Positions 23,895 through 37,507 of a DNA stretch of 64,000 nt are shown here, piece by piece. Origin of the DNA: Octopus vulgaris (taxonomy: Eukaryota); contig OX597818.1 of NCBI GenBank assembly GCA_951406725.2, forward strand, positions 4,588,001-4,652,000. The letters run 5' to 3'. Position numbers and translations under genes: made by a program. Each line of letters begins with the position of its first letter. The first letter of the stretch is position 1. Below the pieces are notes generated by a model. It saw only the letters and a program-made list of their open reading frames with translations. It did not search any database and was not told the origin of the DNA.

Positions 23895-24448
23895 GAGTGA
23901 GCGAGCAGAGCATGCCATCAAAGTGACACTGGGGTAAAATATACGAAGCCCAGTATACCCATCATGACTACCCGTCTGACAAGGGTACACCAGGCACATG
24001 CATCACAACCATATGTGCGCGACATGGTGATCTCATATCAAGATAAACAGCACATGACCTTGTAGGTGGAGCCCAGTTAGAATTTTCTTCAGATCGAGTA
24101 ACCCATCCCGCTCAAAAGGTCCTTGAATAAGGGTTGTTTAAGGACGTTGAACGAAACACCCATGTTTCCAGAGGTGAATTATTCAAACCCCAAAGAATCC
24201 TCCTCAACACATGGCTATGATGCTCCCCAACTACTTCTGCTCGTGATCAGAAATGCACATATCGTCAGCCACTAAGGGACATGGTCAACTGGTTAAGGTC
24301 AAACAACTGACAAGCAAAACTGTGGTATTGAGCAGAATATTTGCTGTAGCCCATCTTTTATACCAAGACAAAACTATGTACATGATAACACTTCCAATCA
24401 GTTAAGATCAGAAGCCATGAGAGCCACTGCCTGGTACTGCATCAGGGC

Positions 24449-24450
<2 letters not shown>
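23895..24450 (-). mobile_element. young ~555-bp non-coding element inserted in (TTA)n; truncated second copy at 24808-25268
   Basis: The two copies are nearly identical over about 460 bp. Both are flanked by (TTA)n on each side and have no ORF. Confidence 0.85.
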
Positions 24451-24519
<69 letters not shown>

Positions 24520-24522
<3 letters not shown>

Positions 24523-24735
24523 GTTTGACTTTTGCTTTATATTTGTACAAGTTGGCTCCAAGTCTCACCCAGAGACCTCAAGAGACAACTGGGTTGGAAG
24601 TTCATGTTGTTGTTATGCCTAGTGTGCCATATATTTGGGGGGTGGGGATGTTGTACTAATGAATGTCTAAAAAAAAATGGGTTTTTTTTTTTTTTTTTAA
24701 ACCGAAAATTATGTTTGTTTTAAACCTTGAGATTA

Positions 24736-24738
<3 letters not shown>
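24520..24738 (-). mobile_element. LINE 3' UTR fragment related to 25350-25547
   Basis: Shared atgtttgacttttgcttt..atttgtacaagttg.ctccaagtctcacccagag, more diverged than the neighbouring element pair. Confidence 0.7.
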
Positions 24739-24808
<70 letters not shown>

Positions 24809-25265
24809 GAGTGAGCGAGCAGAGCATGCCATCGAAGTGACACTGGGGTAAAATATACGAAGCCCAGTATACCCATCATGACTACCCGTCTGATAAGGGT
24901 ACACCAGGCACATGCATCACAACCATATGTGCGCGACATGGTGATCTCATATCAAGATAAACAGCACATGACCTTGCAGGTGGAGCCCAGTTAGAATTTT
25001 CTTCAGATCGAGTAACCCATCCCGCTCAAAAGGTCCCTGAATAAGGGTTGTTTAAGGATGTTGAACGAAACACCCATGTTTCCAGAGGTGAATTATTCAA
25101 ACCCCAAAGAATCCTTCTCAACACATGGCTATGATGCTCCCCCACTACTTCTGCTCGTGATCAGAGATGCACATATCGTCAGCCACTAAGGGACATGCTC
25201 AACTGGTTAAGGTCAAACAACTGACAAGCAAATCTGTGGTATTGAGCAGAATATTTGCTGTAGCC

Positions 25266-25337
<72 letters not shown>

Positions 25338-25349
25338 CATTATTATTAT

Positions 25350-27460
25350 ATGTTTGACTTTTGCTTTGAATTTGTACAAGTTGACTCCAAGTCTCACCCA
25401 GAGGCCTCAAGAGACAACAAGTTAGAAGTTCATAATGGTGTTATGCCTAGGGTGTCATATATTTCGTTTTGCACAAAGTATTGCTCTAAAGAATGTTTAA
25501 GAATACATAAGAAAAATATGAGTTTGTTTTAAAATTTGAGATTACATAAACAGTATTTTTACGTAGGATATGGGCAGTTCCCATGAGCACAATCTTTTCA
25601 ATTTCTGCCATTTTGGGGTTTCCTGATATCTGAGCTAGGTAGCAATCAGCTCCTTTTGCTATCTTTCCTAGGGTACCTATGACAACTGGTATTGTTTTAG
25701 TCTTGAGGTTCCACATTTTGCCAGTTTCAAGATCTTTTTACTTTCTCAGTTTTTGGTAGATCTTGACAGATACATTTACGTCGATTGGGACAGTCATATC
25801 AATGAGGAAGCATGATTTTTGTCTGAAGTCTTTCAATATGATGTCTGGCTTATTTGCATCTATCTTTCTGTCAGTTTGAATGGTGAAGTTCCAGAGGAGT
25901 GAGATGTGATCATTTTCAAGCACTGGAAGTGGTTTGTGTTCCCACCAGATTTTCTCATGGGGCAGGTTCAGGTTTTTGCATTTTACCCAGTGTTGTTCTG
26001 CTCTATCACGCCTGTTGAGATACTCTGTAGGCGCAAGAAGACTACACATTGAGACAACATGATCAATGGTTTCATTTTGTTGTTGACATACACAACATGT
26101 TGGACTACTGCCGTTCTTTAATACGTTGGTAGTTATTTGTAGGTAGGCATCGCTCTTGGGCTGCTATGATAAACCCTTCTCTTTCTGGTTTTAAGCCTGA
26201 ACACATTTACCATTGATGGGTAGGGGCTTTGTCAACATCGGCACTATTTGCTCTCTTTGGGTATTTGCCATTGAGAGGTTTTTCTTGCCATTTATCAGTA
26301 AGAATATCTAAGGCAGCAGTTTTAGCAAGGGTTTTCATACGCTTAGCATTTTCTGTGCTTGTTTCTAGTACGTCTAATACTGGAATTTATTGTATTTGGA
26401 ATTCACTTAGATATTCCTTTGCCTGTTTTTGTTACTGAGTATGATGTTACATCCCGCCATCATAGTTTTTCAGGTAGATATGTAGGTCAATTGTGGCAAT
26501 CTTCATTGTTAATTCCAGTTGTAAAAGTCCACGGCCAGCCTCTTTTCTTGGCAGGTAAAGTCGTTCTATATCTGCCTTAGGGTGGTGCAGTCTATCATTG
26601 TCAACAATTTTCATATTTTTCTGTCAAGATTACAGTTAATGAAATTGAAACAGTAAGTCACCACCGGTATGACTAAAGTATTGATCGCTTCGATCCTGCT
26701 TCATGCACTCAGCTCTGTCTTGAGTATTGCCTTTACCCTGTGATAACATTCTCTTCTAATCCTTTCCCTCATCACTGAACGTTTGATTTCGTCCCCTTCA
26801 AATCCCCTAGGTATTTGTAGCTCTCCGCTCGTTCTAACTCCTTTATAACATGTGGCCGGTCAAGATTAACTTTGGATCTTTCTGTCATTTTCCTTTTGAT
26901 AAATATAGCTTTTGCACATTTGTCATCACTAAATTGTTTAACAATCGCTAGTAAACTCTGCAGATGTTGGTAATTTTTTGCAAAAGGCTTTTGATCATCC
27001 ATGTAAAAGAGATGATTTATATTCTTATCAAACATTTTATAGCCATATTGTACATTATCGAGCAATTTTGAGAGAAGCATTAAGGCTAAACCAAAAAGAA
27101 GTGGTGATAGAGAGTCACCCTGGAAAATGTCACGTGAAATTCTTACATCTCCAGCATTGAAAAGTTCATTGTCACTGTTCCAAGTCAGTGTGGTTCTCCA
27201 TGATCTCATACTTACAGACGAGAAGTTTCGCAGAGTAGGTGCTATTTTATACATTTCCAGGAATTTCTTAATCCATCTATGTGGTAGACTATCAAAAGAT
27301 TTTTTATAGTCTATTCAGGCTATCGACAAGTTTTTGTGTCGTTTGTGACAATCTTCCAAATAATCTTATTGATGAGTAGTTGATCTTTACAACCATAGGA
27401 CTCACGTTTGCATCATTTTTGCTCATTAGGGAATATGCCACTTTCTATTAAAAAAACTAT
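25350..27460 (-). mobile_element. R4/Dong-type LINE, RT to 3' end, decayed
   Basis: DIFQGDSLSPLLF, INHLFYMDD, LLWNFTIQTDRKIDANKPDII...LIDMTVP, IPVVIGTLG and a (TAA)n tail. Confidence 0.9.
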
Positions 27461-27464
27461 ATTT

Positions 27465-28210
27465 CTTTTAATCACTTGTTTTGTTGGAGCTCCTGGAGTC
27501 TTGCATGCGTAGTAGGCTTACTACCTGCAACCTACCGTACCAAGCCATCTGTTCTTTCAGCTATCTGATACTTTCCTGATTATTCTGGCCGTGCCAAGGA
27601 GGCAAACCTTTTGTAACAGTTCTACTGGACACTCTATTCAAATTTCCTTTATATTCCTCTTGATGCCTCCTGATACTATTCCCAAGAACCCAACAATAAT
27701 TAGCGCTATCTTCACCTTCTTCATTTTCTCTAGCCGGGCTATTTCGTACTTAAGAGGATTGTATCTATCTATCTTTTCGCCTTCCTTCTTGATTTTCGTG
27801 GATCAAAGGAGCATGCAACATCAACTATATAGCTTATGTGGTGCACCTTGTCCACTACCACTAGGTCCGGCCTGTTATGCTCTAGCACCTGATATGTTTG
27901 GATTGGGAAATCCCTGAGAATTTTGCTTGTCTCCGACTCCGTCACTCTCTGTGGTCTGTTCTCATACCACGTCTTACTCTCTCTAGCCCCCACTTTCGCA
28001 CAGTTTCTAACACAGCACTGTCGTGCACCTGGTCGCGTCGTCACAACTTGTAGTGGTTTTAAGTTAGTCTAGGCTATTCGTTCGTGATATGGGCAATGGT
28101 TTCATCAATGGTTTCATCTATTGCAGATGCAGCATCGCGGAGACACTTGCTCATTCCTTAGGTTGACCCTCCAGTTCGTGGCCAAAGCTTGGTCTTGCGT
28201 TGCCAGTATA
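27465..28210 (-). mobile_element. R4/Dong-type LINE endonuclease and 3' end fragment
   Basis: WYENRPQRVTE..KILRDFPIQT..LEHNRPDLVVVDK...IVDVAC. Confidence 0.85.
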
Positions 28211-28259
28211 GTACTCCCAGTTATTTATTTATTTTTTTTTTGGTGTTCTTTTCATCAGC

Positions 28260-29830
28260 CAATCTTACCTATTTTTTCCAGCGACTTCTGTTCTGGCTAC
28301 ATGGAATTGACTGCGTAATTCTTCTTCATATCCTTTTTGCAGCACATTTTGAGAGTTCAAACTCCATCTTAATATCATTGGAGAAATTCTGCACAGACTG
28401 GACTAAGCTGATCAGTTCTGCCTCAGTTTTTTTGTGAATAGCTTCAGGTCGTTCATAAATAGCAAGAGATTAAGTTTTCCCTTATCTCTTCCCGGATCAT
28501 ACCCCAACTTTGTTTTCTGTAGTATTTCACTAAAGGGGATCATTCCCAGTACGAATATCAGTGCGGACACACTATCCTCCTGGAAGATTCCTCTCTTCAT
28601 TTTCACCTCTCCTAGTACTTGCTTCCCTTCTGTCAATTCCGTTCTCCAGCATTTCACGCTATTCTATATAAGGCTTCTCATATTTTCTGCTATTCCATAT
28701 ATTTCCATTGTTCTTATTATCCAGGAGTGAGGTATCATATCGTATGCTCTGCGATAGTCAACCCATACCATGCTCAGGTGTGTATATCTTCTCTTGCAGT
28801 TCCCAATAATTAGATTATCAATTAAGAGCTGATCCCTCGTTCCCCGGTTCCCTTTTCGGCACCCTTTATGTTCAATGGGTAGCAGCCCACTTTTTTCCAA
28901 GTATCTGTACAGTTCATCGCCCAAAGCACCTGACGTTAGTTTCCACATTAGGGGAAGGCATGTCATTGGTCTAAAGCTGGATGCAACATTTCCTCTTCAG
29001 GATCCTTGGCACATAACGATGTCTTTCCCTTTGCCATACAGCTGGGTACTGCACCTTCATGCAAGCATTCATCTTGCTATCCTTTCAGGGAGTCCTCTCA
29101 GTTTCTTCATCCAATAACCTTTGTCCTCATCCGGTCCTGGGCTCGTCCAATTTTGGGATTTTCTTAACTGCTTTTTTTATCATTTCTGTAGTTATCTTTA
29201 TGTCTTCTTGGACTTCTATATTTCTTAACCTATCTTGGATTTCATGTAGCCACTCCGCTTCATCATTATGTTTTACAGGTTGGTCCCAGATCCCTCTCCA
29301 GAATGCTTTGCTTTCCTCTGCAACTAGTATCATTGTTATGCGTATTTGCCCATCTAGTTCCTGAAACAGTTTCTTCTGATTTGTTTCAAACAATCTGTTT
29401 TTCCTGAAGTGTCTTTTTCTATTGTCATATCTTTCCAGTTTTGCTTTGATTGCTACTACTCTTTGTTTCAATTCTTCCAATATCATATCATAACCTTTAT
29501 CTCTTATTCTATATGTTCATTTCAGCATTTTTCTTATGCTTTCGTTCTTCAATTCCCCTCTTCTCAATCTATCAACTTGTCCTAAATGTCTTTTTAACTT
29601 TTTTTGTTTCTCACAAATTCGTCTACGCCAGAATAGTTTTTTACGTTCTGTTTGTTCTTTTCTTTTGTATCCAACTTTATCTGCAGTAACCATAGCTGCA
29701 ACCCAAATAATCTTGTTAGTTTCAGTTATATTTTTCGTCTGGAGTAGCCCAAGAGTCGAATCCATTTTTTTTGTTTCAGCTTTGAGTTTGCGTCGATCAA
29801 TGTGCCTAAGGGTGTTGGGGTGCCTAATCC
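28260..29830 (-). mobile_element. R4/Dong-type LINE, N-terminal region and RT
   Basis: LEELKQRVVAIKAKLERYD..NRLFETNQKK, HKGCRKGNRGTRDQLLID, WVDYRRAYDMIPHSW and RGIFQEDSVSALIF. Confidence 0.9.
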
Positions 29831-30189
29831 TGGTTTTCTCTAATATACCGGCACATCGTCACCCTGTGACCATAACGTCTCTGCAAAAGAATTTTGTAAG
29901 TTCGGAAAATATAAAGATCTGCTAATCGAAATCGAAAAGATGTGGCATCTCAAGACGGTTACAATACCAGTGATTGCAGAAACACTTGGAATGATCAAAA
30001 AAGGAACTGAAAATTATTTACAAAACCTTTATTACTAATCAATGAGATTTCAATTACACTTCTGAGCGGTCATGCGTTAGAAAAAGCTATCCTAAAGCGG
30101 TTCAAGTTTTTTCACTCAAGCTTATTTCTTCTAGAGCTTTATACGCTCAAACAAGGTTTGTAAGTTCTCTCTATAAATTGACTTCCTTG

Positions 30190-31055
30190 TCTACATATAT
30201 AAAATTCTTTGTTTGTCTGTCTGCCTGTTCCCTATGCATTCCCAAATGGCTCGACCAAATCAAATCAAATTTTACAAGGTAATAGAATCAAACCCCGTGA
30301 GTATCACAACGTGTACTTTTTTTTCATTTGGATTAAAACAATATAACATTGGCACTGATTTAGTATTACGTGTCAAAAGTGAAAGAATAAGATCTATAGT
30401 GTAATGTTATATTATATTGTTACACTTTTATTCTTTCACTGTTATTCTGCTGCGATAAATAAATGAATAATTTATATCCAAATGTGAACAACATTATGCA
30501 TCAGCAACTTTCCGTCATGACAGCGGAATGGTGTGTCAGTGTATGTGTTGACTGACATAATGAACGGCTGGAAGTGAAACTCTTGACAAAAAACAATTAG
30601 GTGGCAGGTTCAAGGCATATAAAAATACACATTTACCGTTCAATTACCAGTTAGTCATTATCGCAGCAGTTGCAAGGTTGCAAGGTATTTACAATTACAA
30701 ATTTACCCTTAAATTAATGGAGCCTCAATAGAAAAGGGAGGTGAAACTTTCCCAAGATCGGCACTCATGCTGCAGTACGTCAAATGAAGTCTCAAGAGAG
30801 AAGGGAGATGAGACTTTTCCAACATCAGCAAAGGCATGCACTAAACCCCCCCCCCAATTTTCCACGAGAAGCTAGGGCCTGGAATACTCCAAACGGATGC
30901 ATGACCTGTCGCTTAGTCGAATTAGCCCATTATTTTCTCCACTAATGTTTTGTCGTCAATGCTGCACTTTCCCGTATCACCTGTTCCAACAGAACTGTAA
31001 TATGTACTCAAACTATGCCATTTTAATCCCGAGCAAGGCTGGGTATCTCTGCTAG
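30190..31055 (+). mobile_element. non-autonomous Helitron-like element
   Basis: 5' TCTACATATATAAAA plus (GTCT)n. The 3' hairpin cccgagcaaggctggg is followed by CTAG|T. It shares gtattacgtgt.aaaagtgaaa with the 33143 element. Confidence 0.7.
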
Positions 31056-32561
31056 TAATATATACATATAGGCAAAAATGTTTATTTCCTTTTGAATACT
31101 ACTCGTAGACTGCAAAGCAGTGCTCATGACTTATGGCATCCCTTGTAGATCGATGCAATTGATGTTGGTCTTGAATTCCTACAAATTGAAGCTAGTAAGG
31201 AAAACGAAAGTGTATGTAGAGTGCGTGTATGATCAACCAGTTTGTAAAAGTGGTGAATTTAGTAAAAGTTATGTAGAGGAGATCTCCTTCAACATATTCG
31301 TATGAACTCTAAACTAACGAAATACTCTTCATACATTAAGTGTATTTACCGAAACTGTATCATACCACAATAACTGCTTACAGTTAGGAAGTATCTTGAC
31401 CATGATTACAATATATCACCAATGTCGAATTGAAACCATAACTCTTTCTTTCCCCACATATTTAATATAAAAATGTGGACATATGAAACGATAATTGCTT
31501 GATTATTAATGTCTCAAAGTACATCTTGGATCTTTTCGCTTTGACCGGCAGATTTTTAAAATAATTTCTTTGTAACTAAACACTTTTAAACTTCGTATAC
31601 TGGTAGTGTGTTACACAAAACATCTTTTTCTCTTGGATTTCGTAAGAAAATTCTGTAGTTTGTAAGCTATTGTTTAATTTCTTGCATTTCGGCAATTTCA
31701 ACCAATCAATGACGTCTATTGAGGTGAATACAATTTCTGCCGTATCAAATAATCTGAAATCCTATCCGCAAAATAAGGATTTCTGTCATCGACAGCAGGC
31801 GACTAATCTTGTGGGTGAAGAATATAAAACCCAGAAATTGACTAGCACTATATTTTTTCCACTTGGAAGGCAAAAGCAAATCTGATATTGGTGGAATTTG
31901 AAGTAACTATATGTAACAAAGGAATTTGTGCAGTGCTGTGCCGTTTCTGCCTGCTAAGTTCTCTCTTCCCAAGATAAGTAGTAATTACGTGGGTATAAAT
32001 ATATTTAGTGTGTAAAACATTCACAAAAAAAACCAAAAAAAAAAACCCAGGAGTTGAATAAGTATCATGTTCTTTTCGGTATTCTGTTCAAGTCCATGTT
32101 GGAGAACTGCCTTTACGTGTTGATAAATAAATGATGTCAGTCAACACAATGAAAGATTATCCTCTTCTAAATTTGATAACATATTTGTGAAATGATTCTC
32201 ACTCTATTGTTAAGAGGCAATTCACTGTAAAATCAGTGTATCAAAAGAGAAATAAGCAGAATTTTTTTTACAGTAATGTAATATAAGTTGGCTTCTAGAT
32301 GTCAACGTTCTCCCTGGTTTGATTATCATGAGCATTTTACTATTGTGGGATGTTAACTGGGCTGCGTGTTATGCATACAGGATGAACAGATGCAAACAAT
32401 ATATTTTAATTATAATATTTATTGAATCAGAGAACAATTGAATATAAACTAAAGACTGTTGGTAGAGAATGTAGGAGATTAGAATCGGGTGTAGTAATGG
32501 CTAATAAGATTCGTGCAGTTGGAGAATGTTGGTTTGTGATCATGAAGAATTCCTTTCTTTT

Positions 32562-32707
32562 CTAGCTGGAATTCAGCACAGGAAAGTAGGCGCTGCAAAG
32601 ACTAAGTGCTTCATTAAGACTCGTATATTCTGCAATGTGCTTTCCTGTTGAGAATGCAGATGTGACTTCAATGAAATTTAAACCGCCTCTGGCTTCTTGT
32701 TCTTCTG
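32562..32707 (-). CDS. candidate terminal coding exon of an unidentified host gene
   Basis: Acceptor ttttctctagttatttaag|. Open frame EEQEARGGLNFIEVTSAFSTGKHIAEYTSLNEALSLCSAYFPVLNSS*. AATAAA at 32423-32418. Unique, non-repetitive sequence. Confidence 0.3.
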
Positions 32708-32983
32708 CTTAAATAACTAGAGAAAACGTGAGTACTTCAAAGACAATATGGGTGGTATTCAGGATATAGCATAATATTACTGCAAATCGATTGGCTGATG
32801 ATCAAGACAGATCATATGACATAAGCGTGATCAACGCGTGGTATCAAACTGTTCACTGGGGATTTTAGGTTCGATTCTAGATCTTACTATACGTATTACA
32901 AGCTATCTGCTTAAGAAATACGTATACTATAATACTTTTATATAGTCATACGAAGAAATTATCTTTTACTACCGCTTCCTTTT

Positions 32984-33050
<67 letters not shown>

Positions 33051-33141
33051 ATCCTGCTTTCTCTTCCTCCAGTACATAGAAAATTGGTATTTCGAACGAG
33101 ATAACATAACAAGTTAATCGATGCTTAAACCGTCATGTAAA

Positions 33142-33142
<1 letters not shown>

Positions 33143-33193
<51 letters not shown>

Positions 33194-34649
33194 TGAGAAT
33201 GTGTATCTGTTTGTCTGTCTGTGTGTTTCCCTAAAACTTGAGAACTACACAACAAATTTCATTCAAATTTTACACATGCCTTACTTAGGGTCCGGGGAGT
33301 GTCATCGGCAAAAAAAGTTTTTAACTTTTTGTCTAGGGCGAGCCCACAGCGATATCATATCTTCTACACTACGATTCCCTAAAACTTGAGAACTACACAA
33401 CCAATTTCATTCAAATTTTACACATACCTTACTTAGGGTCCATGTAGTTTCATGGGCAAAATATGTTCAACTTGCCAAGAGCGAGCCCATAGCAATATCA
33501 TATCTTCTCCACTATTTCAGTATTACGTGTTAAAAGTGAAACAAAAACATTTCTCTATTGTATGTCAGATACTTTCACTGTAAAATTAGAGATAATAATA
33601 ACAATTGAATTATATGTAGTAAGTAATAATTAAAATCAAACTAAAGTATAATATAATCGTAACATAACAAAAGTAAAAATAGCAATTGGTGTAAAATTGC
33701 ATCAATGACTTGAACTTGAATTAGTGGTTTCACATGAATGGGAATAAATTAAAAATAAAATTAGCGTGCAGAAATGGAATAGTCCAGATGGAGCTGTGCT
33801 TTAACATTAGATTATCTGCTAATTAGCTATCATTAAGTATCTATATGAAGTTTGGCTGTATGTAATGTCTATTTTCTCGAACAGACGCTTCTACTGAGAG
33901 TACTGCTGTTGGTTTATTTCTTATACATAAAGGACTAAAGATTCAACGGAAGCATTTTTGTTAGAATGCCTTCGATAGAAGAAAGTTCAAAAATGAATTT
34001 CGCTGCAGCCGTCGGTGGGCGCGAACTCATTGAAATTAAAATAGAAGAAATACGGATTGATCACCGACAAAGACGGTGAATCTAGGATAACACCACCAAA
34101 CGAAATAAAAAATTAAATCAAAGAAAAGACTATTGTCTATAAAGTATACAATGTAGAGAAAAAAGAAGATTTGAACACCTGGAGGAAAGCACCATCGAAA
34201 AGTGTCTTGGTGCGACTATGAAAGATATCTAACTAGAGGCGGTAAATTCGCCACATTAGAAGCAAGGTTCGACTGAACGGAGCGTGCAAGGGAGTACTCG
34301 ACTCGAACCTTGCAAACTGGAAATATTTTATTTTTACCTTTATATCTGGGATGTAGGACGTCCCGGATAAAAATTTAAAATGTCCCCCCAGAAGTAGAGG
34401 TAGGCTGGATTGTAGCCACACTTCTATACAAGAGAGAGGACAAGATACAATTGATCGAAATTGCAAGAGACGGGCTTACAATTCCAGTCTGTTATATATT
34501 TTGAGTATTGTTATCACTAGCGATATCAAGATATAACTTTGTATTTTGTATTTTATGTGTAGATGTATATATATAGATGTACATGTAATATGTACACATA
34601 TATACATGCACTAGCACTATGACCCGGCAACGACGGGTCATAATGCTAG
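33143..34649 (+). mobile_element. non-autonomous Helitron-like element with an internal ~148-bp tandem duplication
   Basis: TC(AT)n-AAAA and gtctgtct start. 33227-33372 is repeated at 33375-33514. The 3' hairpin gacccg..cgggtc is followed by CTAG|T. Confidence 0.75.
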
Positions 34650-34728
34650 TATATATTTAAAAGACGAAAACATGGAGATCAGGAAGTTAATAATTGTTTT
34701 TTTTTATTAACGGCAAATTAGTCATCTT

Positions 34729-34804
34729 GACTTACAGCCGTTTCAGTTGATACTCAATACACATTAAATTTACATTTATGTGATATGAGAACAATATCAT
34801 CAGA
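34729..34804 (-). ncRNA. type I hammerhead motif with long stem II; stem I disrupted by a SINE
   Basis: CTGATGA-[ttgttctca..cacat / atgtg..tgagtatcaa]-t-GAAAC-GGCT-GTA-agtc. Confidence 0.65.
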
Positions 34805-35214
34805 GGCGCAGGAGTGGCTGTGTGGTAAGTAGCTTGCTTACTAACCACATGGTTCCGGGTTCAGTCCCACTGCGTGGCACCTTGGGCAAGTGTCTTCTAC
34901 TATAGCCTCGGGCCGACCAAAGCCTTGTGAGTGGATTTGGTTGACGGAAACTGAAAGAAGCCTGTCGTATATATGTATATGTATATATATATGTGCGTGT
35001 ATGTGTGTGTGTCTGTGTTTGTCCCCCTAGCATTGCTTGACAACCGATGCTGGTGTGTTTATGTCCCCGTCACTTAGCGGTTCGGCAAAAGAGACCGATA
35101 GAATAAGTACTGGGCTTACAAAGAATAAGTCCCGGGGTCGATTTGCTCGACTAAATGCGGTGCTCCAGCATGGCTGCAGTCAAATGACTGAAACAAATAA
35201 AAGAGTAAAAGAGT
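34805..35214 (+). mobile_element. full-length tRNA-derived SINE (family A, CORE-like; resembles octopus SINEs)
   Basis: A box tggctgtgtgg, B box ggttcagtcc, ccttgggcaagt core, internal (TA/TG)n and a (GAGTAAAA)n tail. Confidence 0.92.
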
Positions 35215-35617
35215 AGAGGGAAAAATATGTACATTTGGATGTTATATGCGTGCTTATGAATTCATTTTAGTTGACTGAATGTTATGGCTTATGATTTGTA
35301 TTCTTATATGCTCGGACGAGGAGTTTACAGGTTGATTAGAGATAAAGTAGAATGGGTAAATAAACTTAGAACAATAAATAAAGTAAATAGAGATGATAGA
35401 GGTAAGTTAAATTTAAATAAGGTAAGTTTATAGTTAATAACAGAATGAAATATTTATTTATAAAGTATGAATAAAAATATAAAAACATATATGTTCATGT
35501 ACACACACACACGCGCGCGCACACACACATACACACACACGCGCGCGCGCACACACACATACACACACACACGCGCGCGCACACACACATACACACACAC
35601 ACGCGCATATATATATA

Positions 35618-37456
35618 TAAAGAAAATAAGTCATAGTAGAAAATGCTAAAATAATTTTATCATGGAGTATATTTTAGTACCGGTTTCTGCCATTTTTGAC
35701 TTTTTCAACTAAGAGTAAAATAAGAAAAACAATTAAATTGGAGAAACGTTTTGTAGTATTTTCATAGTCTTTGAATAAGTAAATATTTCCATAGTTTTCA
35801 GGCAGTCTGTCTGTTTCTCTCTCTATTCCTTTTTGAATGTCTGGTAGGTTGGTAGGTAGGTAGGTAGTAGTAGTAAATTTGAAGGAATAGTTTGGGTACA
35901 GATAGTCGATGCTTTAAGCAGGAGCAGCCGAGAGAGGAGAAAAAGAAGTGAGAGAAGAAGAAAGAGGAGGAGGAGGAATTGAAGGAGAAGATGAAGGAGG
36001 AAGAGAAGTAGGAGTAGGGAAAGAGGAGGGAGAAATAGAAAGAAAAGAAAAGAAAAATATAGGAGTGCTGTACCACAGTAAATTGTCCGTGGAATCTTCT
36101 TTAATAGTCAAATGACCTAAAAGTGACCTGTTGTGGTCGTAGCAGTTGTGGTGGGAATGTTCTAAGTTCTTGTATTTCCATCTGGAATATAGCCACCAAC
36201 AACTTCCATTCCTTGACATCTTCATTAAGAAATCTACCAACAAAATAGAAACAGATATCTACTATAAGTCTACAGATTTCAATCAATATCTGCTATTCAA
36301 CTCTCGCCACACCAGACACACTAGAATGAATATCCCTTACAACCTGATAAAGACACACGACTACACGAACTAAAGGACACACTTATCAGTAGGAACTACC
36401 CATCATCACTAATTGATATAGGCTTTCAACGAGCCCGACAACTCAACATCCACAAATTCAGACATCCCAAACTAAAGAAGGATTTACAACCAAAAGCCCT
36501 ACCATAATTATCCACGCACAAACTCCTCAACAATGAGGCATTCGACACCATCCCTTTACTAAAAAGGGACCATAGAATGGATCACATCCTCCAAATACAC
36601 ACCATCATAAAGAGCAAAATACAACCCAAGTGTATGAAAAGTCATCTAAGACAGGCCCAAGTACACCCGTCAACAACATCAAAACCAACAGTAAAAAATG
36701 CGGAAGACCTAACTGTGGTATATGTGTCAACCTAATTGAAGGATCAGAATTCCCCTTCAAACAGGGTTAACGTTTTTTAGTGAAGAACAACTTCACATGT
36801 GCTTCGGAAAACCTAATATATGTATTAATTTGCTCAGGGTGTCAAGAACAATATATTAGTAAAATTAAAAACAATTTCGTCAGAAGATGATGGTACATAG
36901 ATTACAAATTAAAATACGAGAATACAGAAAAATAGGATTAAGCGAGCACATCGATATTTGCGCCACTAAAGAACAACACAACTTCAGAATTTTTGTCCTC
37001 TATAAATTCAGGGACAATGCAAATTATAGTCAGCGCATCAGCAAAGAAGAATACTTTATCACAAAATTTAAACCTCTTTTGAATTCTGCCACCTCAGATA
37101 GAACTACAACAAGAATTTAGAACATTCCCACAACTACTACTACGGCCACAGCAGGTTACTTTTAGGTCATTTAACCATTAAAGAAGATTCCACGAACAAT
37201 TCACTGCGGCACAGCACTCCTATATTTTTCTTTTCTTTTCTTTTCTTTCTCCTTCTTCCTCCTCTTTCCCTACTCCTACTTCTCTTCCTCCTTCATCTTC
37301 TCCTTCAATTCCTCCTCCTCCTAGCTCCTCCTTCTTCCACTTCTCCCACTTTCCCCTCCTCCTTCGTCTGCTCCTGCTTAAATCATCAACTGTCTGTACC
37401 CAAACTATTCCTTCAAATTTACAACAACCTACCTACCTGCCAGGCATTCACAAAGG

Positions 37457-37507
<51 letters not shown>

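Noticed and set aside
24225-24275. CTGACGA...GAAGT on the minus strand of the (TTA)n-targeted element
   Set aside because: There is no GAAA-N-UH and no closing stem I, so it is not counted as a hammerhead.
23895-25268. Repeat-spacer pattern resembling LTRs or a CRISPR array
   Set aside because: The repeats are ~460 bp, lack TG..CA ends, PBS and PPT, and sit in (TTA)n in a eukaryotic context.
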